This document shows, one piece after another, positions 1-30,802 of a stretch of 64,000 nt of DNA. The notes under the pieces are model-generated. The model saw only the letters and a program-made list of their open reading frames with translations, searched no databases and was not told where the DNA came from. Origin of the DNA: the human T2T-CHM13v2.0 reference genome, Homo sapiens; the NCBI RefSeq assembly GCF_009914755.1, contig NC_060931.1; one strand, written 5' to 3'. A program made the position numbers and the translations under genes. How positions within the stretch are numbered: the first letter of the stretch is position 1; every line of letters starts with the position of its first letter.

Positions 1-236
1 GAGGCCTTATCTCAGGAAAACAAAAACAAAAAAAACACATAAAATTCCTCTTCATCTCCCTCCTGATCCTGAAGGAGTCATCATTGATAACATTTTGGTG
101 TATATACTTTCAGAGAGCCAAGTTTTGAAATGGCTGTTTACTAATCTTAGTGAAATAAAATTCACACTTATGGATGCAGGAATTAACAGAAGAAAATATG
201 TCAAGACACATAAAAATGATAAGAAATCAAAACTTT

Positions 237-1019
<783 letters not shown>

Positions 1020-1142
1020 ATCAGCCAAATTAGCATTTGGCATATTGCCACCTTTATTTTCTCTCTCTCTTTGGATCTTTTTTTTTCTAAACCATTTAAA
1101 ATAAATTATAGATATGACACTTGTCCTTATATACTTTGGCAA

Positions 1143-1498
1143 TGATATGGTTTGGCTGTGTCCCTACCCAAATCTCGTCCCGAATTGTAATAATCCCCAC
1201 ATGTCAAGGGCGGGGCCAGGTGGAGATAATTGAATCACGGGGGTGGGTTTTTCCCATGCCATTCTCCTGCGAGTGAGTAAGTCTCATGAGATCTGATGGT
1301 TTTATAAAGGGGAGTTCCCTGCACACACTCTCTTGGCTACCACCATGTAAGATGGGCCTTTGCTCCTCCTTTGCCTTCTGCCATGATTGTGAGGTCTCCC
1401 CAGCCATGTGGAACTGTGAGTCCATTAAACCTCTTTCTTTTATAAATTACCCAGTCTCAGGTATGTCTTTATTAGCAGCATGAGAACAGATTCATACA
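1143..1498 (+). mobile_element. THE1 (C/D-type) MaLR solo LTR
   Basis: Starts tgatatggtttggctgtgtcc, has the ATTAAA poly(A) signal, ends ...gagaacagattcataca; about 356 bp. Confidence 0.92.
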
Positions 1499-1708
1499 AG
1501 CATGTAACTCTAAGAGCAGGTGTATTCTCCTACATAAACCACATCACAGTTAACCACACCCAGAGCATTGACCATGAATATAATTATATTAACTACTATT
1601 CAAATTTCTCCAAAATTGTTCTGAAAATGTCCTTCAGAGCCTTTTCCCCCAGTGCACTACGTAAACATCACATAATGCATAAAGTTGAGTAAGTTGCCTT
1701 TAATCTAG

Positions 1709-1942
<234 letters not shown>

Positions 1943-1987
1943 TAATCTAGAGCAGTTGCCTAGTCTTTTTTAAAAATAATTTTTATC

Positions 1988-2825
<838 letters not shown>

Positions 2826-3316
2826 TCAATTTGGATTTGTCTGTTTTTTTCCCTGTCATTACTAGATTCAAGTTCATCATTTTGGGCAGAAATTCTCTCT
2901 CGTTGTGAGACGGATGACGTTGTGATCTTCTCATGGCATCACAGTGGGAGGTTCATCTTGTCACGTTGTCCCACTATTTGTGCTAAGCTTGTCACTTATT
3001 ATGTGGTGTCTGCCAGAGTTATCTGTTGTACAGGTAATTTTTCCCTCTTTGTAATCAATAAGTGGTCCATGGGGAAAAGCTTTGAGTTGTAGGAATAACC
3101 TGCTCTCCCACATCCTTTTGCCCTGTGGTTTTGGTCTCCACTGATGATTCTTACCTGAATCAACTGATGTCATGGAGGATGTAAATGGACATCAATATTT
3201 TCTTAAATGGTCCCCAAATGGTTTCAAAGTGCAGCTGGGGCTGGCAGTCACTGCAGTGACTGCTTCTTGATCTGTGTTAACAAATTCCCTGGATATCTCA
3301 TTAAAATGCGCATGTG

Positions 3317-4322
<1,006 letters not shown>

Positions 4323-4469
4323 TAAAGTCAGTCTAGATAATACCTACAATTTATTCTGGATTATACCTTTCTTCCCTAACTTAGTTTTGCCTCCTGTATC
4401 AGTTAAGTTTCCTAGTTACAAACATCAGCACATACTCTAGTTAGCACAGAAAAGGCACTTTTCAAAAAA

Positions 4470-5053
<584 letters not shown>

Positions 5054-5377
5054 AAAAAGCATTTATTATCAGGCACTGGGGAACTCTCAGAACCACTAGG
5101 GCCCTGGGCTCCCAGGAACAGTGCCCAGACCACGTTGCAAAACTGAAATGATGAGAGAACCAGCCTTCCAAGTGCAGGACACTGAGCCAATGTGCACTGA
5201 TGCCAGGGACAGAAACCACTGCATCCACCACTGTCACCAGCACCAATGCCACATGTGTATCTGGAACTCAACCTCACAGCTATTGCCAGCCCCCAGAGCT
5301 GGACATTGCTGTGGTCATCCTCACCAGCAGATGGATGGACTCCACATAGAGCCTGCTTTTTCATGTTGTTTATTTAA

Positions 5378-5988
<611 letters not shown>

Positions 5989-6020
5989 ATTTTTTTTTTT
6001 TTTTAAGAGACCAGGGTCTG

Positions 6021-6331
<311 letters not shown>

Positions 6332-6656
6332 TTACTGTGTTGCCCAGGCTAGGGTGCAGTAGCATGATCATAGCTCACTGCAGCCTTGAACTTCTGGGCT
6401 CCAGCGATCCTCTCACCTATGCTTCCCAAAGTGATGGGATTACAGGTTGCACCACCATGCCTGGCTCATGTTTATTTCTAAAGTATCACAACAGTATGTT
6501 GGATTAGTGGAGCCTCAGTCACATGACCTAGCCTAAGTCACATGACCATTCCTTAGCTGCAAGGGAGGCTGGAGAATCATGCTTCCTGGCTTCTAACTTG
6601 GGGGATGGGGTAGTGGCAAGACTCATAAGGCAGAAAATTCTTCAAAATAGCTCACA

Positions 6657-8390
<1,734 letters not shown>

Positions 8391-8571
8391 TCATGTGTAA
8401 CACCAGAATGAGAATAGATAAATCATTGAGGTATATATACATATACACATATATATATAAGTCTCGGGAGAAAATGGACTTATGTAAACACTCACACTTT
8501 ACATCCAAGTTAATAACAAATGCATTAAAGAGTTAAACTGATTTGTTAATCCATTAAAATACTAGAGAGAA

Positions 8572-9525
<954 letters not shown>

Positions 9526-9702
9526 TAACTCCCAAATAAAAAGATAAATAGCTTTGCCTTTGTAAACAGAACTTATGTAGTTAACACAGAAAGCCAAAGG
9601 CAAATAGTCATCTTAGCCATTGTACTGGTAAAGTTTGTCATCTGCTTACTTGTAAGGAGAGGAAATGTCCTGGTGGAAACTCTCTAACTTGCCTAAGTAT
9701 GC

Positions 9703-10020
9703 TTTGTTTGTTTGTTTGTTTGTTTGTTTTGAAGACAGAGTCTCACTCTGTCTCTATTGCCCAGGCTGGAGTGCAGTGGTGTGATCTTGGCTCACTGCAA
9801 CCCTCTACCTCCTGGGTTCGTGCAATTCTCCTGCCTCAGCCACCCAGGTAGCTGGGATTACTGGCATGCACCATCATGCCTGGCTAATTTTTGTATTTTT
9901 AGTAGAGACAGGGTTTCACCATGTTAGCCAGGCTGGTCTCAAACTCCTGACCTCAAGTGATCTGGCTGCTTCAGCCTCCTAAAGTGCTGGGATTACAGGT
10001 GTGAGCCACTGTGCCCAGCC
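9703..10020 (-). mobile_element. AluSx/Sz with (GTTT)n tail
   Basis: Full Alu; TSD-like ctaagt(a/g)tgcttt. Confidence 0.9.
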
Positions 10021-10105
10021 TTGGCTAAGTGTGCTTTCTTTCCCAGGCCACATTTAACATTCCAGCAATACAGCTCACTTCTGAGGGAGCAAAACTATTC
10101 AAGCT

Positions 10106-10410
10106 AGGCCAGGCATGGTGGCTCACACCTGTAGTTCCAGCTACTCAGGAGGCTCAGGCAGGAGGATCACTTGAGGCCAGGATTTAGAGACCAGCCTAGG
10201 CAACATAGTGAGACCACATCTCTACAAAAAAATAAAAAATAGCCAGGCGTGGTGTCGCACACCCATAGAGTCTCAGCTACCCAGGAGGCTGAAGCAGGAG
10301 GATTGTTTGAGCTCTCAGGAGGTGGAGACAGTTGAGTGCTGTGATTGTGCCACTGTACTCCAGTCTGGGTGACAGAATAAGACCCTGCCTCTGAAAAAAA
10401 GAAAAAGAAA
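10106..10410 (+). mobile_element. AluJ
   Basis: Diverged dimeric Alu with J features. Confidence 0.87.
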
Positions 10411-10469
10411 GATTCTTAAGAAAACCAAGTGCAAAAAATAGGTCACAAGAGTTTTATATAAGTGAAAAT

Positions 10470-11751
<1,282 letters not shown>

Positions 11752-11954
11752 TGAGAAATTCAATCCTGATCATTTTTAGATGATTTCGCTAAACTGTACC
11801 TGACCATGGCTGTGCCATGGGGGACCCCTGCAGTTGTTGATTGATTGTCCACACTGGTCAGAAGCATAGCTTGGTGGGGGTGTGGTGTATAGAAGGGCAA
11901 GTCATTGCCTTCCCTGAGAACATTCTCCAAAAGCAGCACTAAGATTTACTTTGC

Positions 11955-12050
11955 CATGGGTTGGGTTTCCCAGGAAGCCAAACTTGAGTTAGAGATTAGC
12001 GTGCAAGTGATTCATTAGGGAATGCATATGAGATCACCAGTTAAGCCAGG
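11955..12050 (-). mobile_element. ERVL LTR16/LTR33-like fragment
   Basis: gggttgggtttcccaggaagccaaacttgagttagagattagcgtgcaagtgattcattagggaatgc resembles the LTR16-group terminus. Confidence 0.4.
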
Positions 12051-12131
12051 AGTGCTTCAACAAGGCCTTGAAAGTCTGGTGGGGAGGCAGAAGAGATAAG
12101 AGGTTTCTCAGACATAGTAAAGATTGATCTG

Positions 12132-12740
<609 letters not shown>

Positions 12741-13171
12741 GCCCCCCCAAAAAAAACAGATTGCTCTGGAACACAGCTGGGAAGCCTGAAGCCTGACTTT
12801 AAAGAAAGGGGCTGTGCGTGGCTGACTTCTGATCTCTTGGGATTGGAGTACAGGAAGGGAAGAGAAAAAAAAGTGGAACAGAAAAGGTCTTGTTTGAGTG
12901 TGACTGTTGTGAGCTGGTGTCAAATTTGTTGGATGTTTAACGCTGCCAGCTCTTTGGTATTTTGGTGTGTTGGTGAGTTTTCTGAGGCTCTCCTCCCCTC
13001 AGTCACTGGGTGTCTATTACCTTCAGTCTCATTGATGAAAGCAAATACCTTTCCATTCTGTCTCACCCCTTAAGTCCTTCCGCAGCCCTCTAGGAAACTA
13101 GTGATAACCTTCAGCTTCTCTCTGTTGAGATCTATGTGCACCTCCAAATAGCAAAGCCCTTCTGGGTGGGA

Positions 13172-13488
13172 TTTTTTCTTTTTTTGTTTTTGTTTGTTTG
13201 TTTTTGAGACAGGGTCTCACTCTGTTGCCCAGGCTGGAGTACAATGGCGTGATCACAGCTCACTGCAGCCTCGACCTTCCAGATTCAGGTGATCCTCCTA
13301 TCTCAGTCCCCCAGGTAGCTGGGACTACAGGCACACACCACCACATTCAGCTAAAATTTTTTTTAAGAGATGGGGGGGGGGGTCTCACTTGTTGCCCAGG
13401 CTGGTCTTGAACTCTTGGCCTCAAGTGATCCACCTGCCTTGATCTCCCAAAGTGCTGGGATTACAGGCATGAGCCACTGCACCTGGCT
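13172..13488 (-). mobile_element. AluJ
   Basis: Antisense Alu with J features and an internal G run. Confidence 0.88.
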
Positions 13489-13489
13489 A

Positions 13490-14192
<703 letters not shown>

Positions 14193-14210
14193 CACTGATG
14201 TAGCCCCCTT

Positions 14211-15267
<1,057 letters not shown>

Positions 15268-15643
15268 TTAGCACATTTTCTAGAATGTGATTTTTTGATG
15301 ATTCCAGTGAAACTGACATTTTTAACAGGAAAAGAAAAAGAAATCAAGGTCGTGGGCTGGCCATATTCTCGCCATGTTCTTTTGCACTGGCCCTCAGTTC
15401 AAGCCTTGCGTTAGAATCTCCATGGACTTTCCTCAAACAGCATGAGTCTAGGCCTCAGATCTGATTTGAGGGTTTCAGAGAAGGGGGTCTGTCATCTATG
15501 AATTTTGAAGTATCTCTCCAGGTTAAGCTCCCAGTTAAGATTCCCTGATCAGACAGTACAGGGTACTTAGCTGCCTCATACCAAGTTAATTTTTTAAATT
15601 GCAAAATTTCTTGAGATATAATATCGGATAAGAAGTGATCCTT

Positions 15644-15933
15644 GGCTGGGCTTGGTGGCCCATGCCTATAATCACAGTACTTCCGGAGACCAAGGCTGGA
15701 GGATTGCTTGAGGCCAGGAATTTGAGACTAGCCTGGGCAATGTAGTGAGACCCCTGTCTCTACAAAACAAACAAACAAAAAAGCTGGGCATGGTGGCACA
15801 CACTTGTAGTCCTAGCTACTCGGGAGGCTGGAGGCCCAGGAGTTTGAGGCTGGAGGGAGCTATGATCATGCCTCTGCACTCCAGCCAGGGTGACAAAGCA
15901 AGACACTGTCTCATGAAAAAAAAAGAAAGAAAA
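15644..15933 (+). mobile_element. AluJ
   Basis: Diverged dimeric Alu. Confidence 0.87.
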
Positions 15934-16462
15934 AGGTGACCCTTGGCTGTTTTTCAGAAGCGCAGGGGAAAAGGGGTCATATTTGGAACCTGGATTCTTC
16001 TCCATGGCCTCCAAACCTGGAGGAGTGTGGTCCCTCTGGAAGTGTCCAGTTGTGGCATTTCCCTGGTACTTGGAGGACCCAAGGAACTGCTCATTCCACC
16101 ATCACACCCTGTCCTGCACACACCCCTGCTCAAACTCTGGCCACCAACCCAGGCACAGCTCACAGTCCAGGCTTGCTCAATTCCTCTGCCTCCTCAGACA
16201 AGAATGGCTGGAAAAAGTGACAGGGCAGGGTTTCTTGGAAAGCAATCTGGCCTGCATCAGCATTAATGATTAAAACGTGTCCTCATGTGGCAATTCCCCA
16301 ACTGAGAGCCCATTCCTAAGCTATTTTAACTCATCAGTTCAGAAATTCTAGAGTCCCTGTCCTTAGTTTTTGAGGTCTGGATGCTTTTTTTTCCAGAGGA
16401 TCCAATCGAGACACAATTGACTAGAAGGCTTCAGAAGCCACAGAAAATACCTACCTACCTAT

Positions 16463-17890
<1,428 letters not shown>

Positions 17891-18559
17891 TAGGACTGTG
17901 TGTGTATCCTGTGGGCATCATGCAAACCACCCCCACTCCCATTCCACCTTGACTGCCAGCCTAGGGTTGTGTCCAACAGCACAGCAGATATTTGCAGGGA
18001 GCAGAGCAACAGGCCAGGGACCGGTGGAAGGGCCTGGCTAGTGGGGCCAGGCCAGGCCCAGGTGTCTGGAACCTTGCAGATTTGCTGCACCCTGGAAATA
18101 TCCTGGAGATAATATTTACTCTAATGTAATTTACTCTCAAATACTGTACTTCTGCCTTTGGTGCTTTCTCCCCTCTACCTCCTGACCAGGGATCACTAGA
18201 GGCCATTGGGGAGTGAGGAGGGAAAGAGCCTTCCTTTTGCCTCTTGCAAACTGGCCTCTCTCCAGGGCATGATCCCAGCAAAGAGCCAGCCCCATTGTGG
18301 TAGCCCAGAAGTGCCTGGTGGGCGTTGAAGGGGAGTGGGGTGTCCACCACCCACCCCTTGGTGAGCTGCATGAAGGCTCCCGGCGAGGCATCCCAAATGC
18401 CTTCCCTGCTCTCTGCACAGATTCTTGTCCTGGTTGCTTTTCCTTCTCTGCCCAGCCTGGCTCTGCCACCTCCAGCGCCTCCCAGCCTGGGCACCAGCCA
18501 GCTGCACTTTCCTTGAATGACTGGCAAGTACAACAGGACCAGGCTGGAATCATCGTCAG

Positions 18560-20735
<2,176 letters not shown>

Positions 20736-20952
20736 AGTAAAAAAGAATAAAGTGAATTGATGATTCTTGAGGGAAATGCCGTCCCATCGTTCAGTTGACT
20801 CCATCTCATCAAATATTCCCAGGCCTGTCATGGGCCTGTCATAACAGCTTCCTATCTATCTGATGTAGGTGAGGGTGGAGAACCACACAAATACACAAAG
20901 AAAGAGAGTACAAAGTAGATTGGGAGAAGTGCCTTAAGAAAGGAATAAATCA

Positions 20953-21240
20953 GACTGGGCAGGGTGGCTCATGCCTGTAATCCCTGTGCTTTAGGAGGCC
21001 GAGGCTGAAGGATCTCTTGAGGCCAAGAGTTAGAAACCAGTCTGGACAACATAGCGAGACCCCTGTCTCTACACAAAACTTAAAAATTAGCTGGATGTGG
21101 TGACGTGTGCCTGTGGTCCTAGCTACTCAAGAGGCTGACGAGGGAGGATCACTTGAGCCCAGGAGTTTGAGGTTGCAATGAGCTATGATCATGCCAGTGC
21201 ACTCCGGCCTGGGTGACAGTGAAATATAATCTCTAAAAAA
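20953..21240 (+). mobile_element. AluJ
   Basis: Diverged Alu whose tail runs into a GA-rich tract. Confidence 0.87.
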
Positions 21241-21421
21241 GAAAGAAAGAAAACGAAAGGAAGAAAGGAAGGAAGGAAGGAAAATAGGGAGGGAGGGAAG
21301 GATGGAGGGAGGGAGGGAGGGAAGGAAGGAGAGAGGGAGGGAAGGAAGGAGATAGGGAAGAAAGGAGGGAAGGAAGGAGATAGGGAGGGAAGGAAGGGAA
21401 GGAAGGAAGGAAGGAAGGAAA
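21241..21421 (+). repeat. Polypurine (GGAA/GGGA)n tract
   Basis: About 180 bp almost purely A/G. Confidence 0.93.
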
Positions 21422-21641
21422 TAAATCAGGGTACAGATCACAAGAGTCGTAGAGATGGGTCCCTGCCTATCGGAATTGTCTTTCGTGGTGTGATGTGAAG
21501 GTTGGCTGAAGTTTTGCTGGCAGAGTTATGCTGGGAAACACAGGTGGATGGAGCTGCAGGAGGAAAGGAATAGAAGCGGAGCCCTGGGCACACTAAGGGA
21601 TGAGTAAGTCATCATGGCCTTGAGTGCTTTTACTAAGCATG

Positions 21642-21884
21642 CTTTTCTTTCTTTCTTTTCCCTCCCTCCCTCCCTTCCTTCCTTCCTCCCCCTTCCCTTC
21701 CCTTCCCCTCCCCTCCCGTCCCCTCTCCTTTCTTTCTCTCCCTTCCTTCCTTCCTTTTTCTTTCTTTCTTTCTTTCTTTCCTTCCTTCCTTCCTTCCTTC
21801 CTTCCTTCCTTCCTTCCTTCCTTTCTTTCTCTTTCCCCTTCCTTCCTTCCTTCCTCTCTTTCTCTCTTTCTTTCCTTTCCTTTG
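21642..21884 (+). repeat. Polypyrimidine (TTCC/TTTC/TCCC)n tract including (TTCC)11 at 21778-21821
   Basis: About 240 bp almost purely C/T. Confidence 0.93.
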
Positions 21885-22176
21885 TTTTGTTTTTTTTTTT
21901 GACAGAGTCTCACACTGTTGCCCAGGCTGGAGTGCAGTGACGCGATCTCAGCTCACTGCAACCTCCACCTCCCAAGTTCAAGTGATTCTCTGCCTCAGCT
22001 TCCCAAGTAGCTGGGATTACAGGCATACGCCACCATGCCCGGATAATGTTTGTATTTTTAGTAGAGACAGGGTTTCACTATGTTGGCCAGGCTGGCCTCA
22101 AACTCCTGACCTTGTGATCTGTCTGCCATAGACTCCCAAAGTGCTGGGATTACAGGCATGAGCCACTGTGCCTGGA
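21885..22176 (-). mobile_element. AluS
   Basis: Antisense Alu; catgctttt flanks the Alu plus pyrimidine tract on both sides (TSD). Confidence 0.88.
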
Positions 22177-22179
22177 CTC

Positions 22180-23300
<1,121 letters not shown>

Positions 23301-23355
23301 TATGTAATTGATCACCAGATTCTCCACTAAACTGTAAGCCCAATAATGGTAGCAG

Positions 23356-23655
23356 GGCCCGGTCATGGTGGCTCACGGCTGTAATCTCAGCATGTTGGAA
23401 GGCTGAGGGAGGCAGATCACTTAAGGCCAGGAGTTCGAGACCCGCCTGACCAACATGGTGAAACCCCGTCTCTACTAAATACAAAAATTAGCCAGGCATG
23501 GTGACACGCGCCTGTAATCTCAGCTACTCGAGAGGCTGAGGCATGAGAATCACTTGAACCCAGGAGGCGGAGGTTGCACTGAGCCAAGATTGTACAACTG
23601 CACTCCAGCCTGGGCAACAGAGTGAGACTCTGTCTCAAAAAAAAAAAAAAAAAAA
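23356..23655 (+). mobile_element. AluSx/Sz in an L2 3' remnant
   Basis: TSD aatggtagcaggg; flank cagagcctagaacagtgcctgg is L2-like. Confidence 0.88.
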
Positions 23656-23665
23656 GGAATGGTAG

Positions 23666-24448
<783 letters not shown>

Positions 24449-24847
24449 CCCTTCCAGCCTCTTTAACCAGGGAGGGAAAGCTAAGCCACAGGAGGAAATG
24501 GCACTCTTGAAGCAGGTCGCCAGGGGCCTAAGCAGGCCGTCCAAGGGGTAGGGTGCAGGTAGGGTAGTGTGGCAGTCAGTCCTGGTCTGCGCTGGTGTCA
24601 CTGGTCAGCATCTGTGGACAGGGAAGGGCCAGCTGCTCCCTGAAGCACCTCCCACTCAGCCTCTCCTTCCTGGAGCTTCTCACCACTCTGAGAGTCCTAG
24701 ACTTGCCTAAGAGGGGAAGGCATACCCCTGGAACTATTCCACCCCATACTTAGAAGCTAGGTGCTTAGAAGCACCCAGCGCCCCTCTTTAGTGTAATCTA
24801 AGCCCCTCATCCTATATCTCCAACTCAGCAGTTCTCAAACCTGGTAG

Positions 24848-26055
<1,208 letters not shown>

Positions 26056-26109
26056 ATAGTTCTATTATTATTATTCTTTTTAAATGAAGTGTAACAAACA
26101 TACAGAAAA

Positions 26110-26255
26110 GACCAGGCATGGTGGCTCACTCCTATAATCCCAGCACTTTGGGAAGCTGAGGCAGGAGGATCACTTGAGCCCAAGAAATTCAAGACCAGCC
26201 TGGGCAATACAGTGAAACCCCCGTCTCAATTAAAGAAAAATAAAATAAAATTTAA
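26110..26255 (+). mobile_element. Alu left monomer (FLAM-like) in an old L1 remnant
   Basis: Single arm plus A-rich tail; TSD atacagaaaag. Confidence 0.8.
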
Positions 26256-27361
26256 AAAAATACAGAAAAGCCCACATGTATATGTAGCTTGATGAAATTT
26301 CACAAAGTAAATAAACCAGCTAATTGCTCCCATTTCAAGAAACAGCATATCACCAGCCAGTCTCTCTGAAGACACCCTAATGCTGCCCGTCAATCACTAG
26401 CCCACCCCATCTCACTGTGGGGGTTGTGGGGAGTTCCTCCCAGATCATCTGCTTCCTAAAACTGCGGAGAGGCTGGTGTTTACTTTACTAAGCTATGCAG
26501 GTAGTTTAGATGCATGGTGAGGTTTAGAAAACATTCCTGGAAGCCTTACAATCTCCTTGGTCATAAGTAAAACTAGAGGATGCTTTGCTCTCAGCCTGGA
26601 ACACAGCACAGCTGTCTGTCTGGGTTTCCCTATGGAGCAGTGGACATTTCCTGAATCTGGGGTCTGCAGAGCACATGGTGGCAGCTCCCGGGTTCAGGAA
26701 GCCCAGTTGGTCGGCTCCAGCCTGGGCATGTGGCCCTCTCTCCCTGGCAGGAGTTGCATGAAGAGGTATTTTTGGAAGGTGCAGGAATTCTGTAGCCACT
26801 TGGAAAATGCCTGCTCATAGGCTGGGCTGAATTTTCATTTTCAAATGATGATGTGGCTGAGGGGCCTGACCTGCCCAGTTTTCCAGGATCTAGGGGTGGA
26901 GAAAGTCAGGAGTCCTGCTCACATTTTTCTTTTTCTTTAAATTGTATCACCCTTTTCTTTCTGCCTTAAATCCCTGTATCCCAGAAGCTTCAAGAGAACT
27001 GTGAGGTGCTTCCCGCAGGCCATTGACTCTCTGATGCTGTATGCAGGTAAGTGTTTCATCTCATCCCAAATTAGCCAGGGCTTTTAGGTCACTTTAGGTG
27101 GAGTGAAAGCTTAACTCTCAGTTCTCCGTCAAAGATCTTTGGCTCTGGAGTCCTCTCCTGGAGTCTCCCTGGCCTTTCCTGGCAGGACCCTGAGTGACCC
27201 AAGTGTCCTCCTGTTCTCCCTGGGTCCCGGCTCCTGGCTCCCGTGCCCTGCTGGCCTTCTTTGACAATTGCAGTGTTTGCTGTTCATCTAGCCATTCATT
27301 ACCTGTCCATCCGTCCATCCAAACATCCATCCAGTGCCAGGCCAGTTGCTGCTGGTTGTGA

Positions 27362-28117
<756 letters not shown>

Positions 28118-28470
28118 TGTGTCCTTCTTAAGAGCAAAGCAATCCAACAACCCCCAAAGGAAAAGTGCTGGAGGACAATGCTGCCTTTTCAGTTCTCAAA
28201 GCCTGCACATTCCTAGGTATGTTGCATAGACTTTCCCTCCAGGAGGTGAGGTTGCTGTAGTAAGGAGTCCTCACTCATCCTTGGCCAGGTCTTCTCTAGA
28301 GGTGAGTTCCCAAGGTAGAAGCGGTGCAAAGGCTGACCTAGAGGAGAGAGACTCGCAGCTCTCACTGGGATGGCAGCAAGCACTGGCCCATTTTCTCCTC
28401 TTCTGGGCTCTGCCAGGGTTGCGTAGGCTGTTTGGAAGAAAACAGGCTGTGAGCCCTTTGAATTGCCTGA

Positions 28471-29117
<647 letters not shown>

Positions 29118-29328
29118 ATGCTCTCTGGTGAGGTGATCTAATTCTGGGCTGATCACCTGGAAAGGTAAAGCCCGGGAGAGAAAATAGAAACGCAGAAAGA
29201 GTGTTCAGAATCTATGAGGCTCATTAAATTACACAGAGGAATAGAAATGTGGTGTGAATCAGATGTGCATACAGTCTTGGACAGTTTTTCAGGAACAAGT
29301 TTTCCTTTAAAAAAAAGTTATGTATTCA

Positions 29329-29968
<640 letters not shown>

Positions 29969-30802
29969 GGTAATCCAAGCATATAGCACATAATTTTTAA
30001 AGGTGCCCAAGAGTACATAGCAAAGAATTAGTCTCTTTCCTATTCCTGTGCCCAAGTCCTTCAGTTTCCCTCCCAGAGACAACACTGTTACCAATTTAAT
30101 GTGTGCATCTTTCTTGATATTTCCTCTGAAAATAACAAGTGTGTGTGTATGTGTATTTTAAATATATACAAATGGGTATATTATACACACTGTTTTGAAC
30201 TTTGTTCTTTTCACTTGAGTATATTTTGGAGTTTTTTTTCCTTCTAGCACATATACTATATGTGTTGGGGCAGATTTAGAAAGCAGGAAAAGTTCATCTT
30301 GTTCTCAATAACCCTGAGCTTTGCTTCAGATCAAGCTGTTTCTTACTTCTGCCTCAGAGGCTGGACCCTGTCAGAGGCTGGACCCTGCTTCTTACTTCTG
30401 CCTCAGAGTGTAGTCCCCGGATCACCTGAAGCTGTCCTGCTCAGTGAGACATCCTGCCGTATGACAGGTTTCACTGAAAGGATCGTGTCCTTTCTTCTTA
30501 CTGAATTCCCCACATCTAGAATTCGTTCTCACAGTTTAATACGTGCTAGGAGGACCAGTGTCAGCTCCCTATGTGGCTACTCAATTCTTTTTCTAGGTCT
30601 TATAGGTGGGGGAAGGATTTTCTGGGCAGTGTGGGAGGTTATCTCAGATCTCCATCTCTACTTTGTGGAAAGAGCCTGGCAGGGGCTGTGCACCGGTGGT
30701 GGCTTCCGTATTACTGAGGCCATGGTGAGTCCTTTTCCTGAAGAGGTCTGAAATGTAGAAAGCAGAATGTAACTTGGCCCTTGCTTAACATTAAAAGACT
30801 GG

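Noticed and set aside
30260-30751. 163-aa ATG-initiated ORF
   Set aside because: No recognisable homology and it includes a local DNA duplication. Only the splice-site pair inside it is kept as a weak lead.
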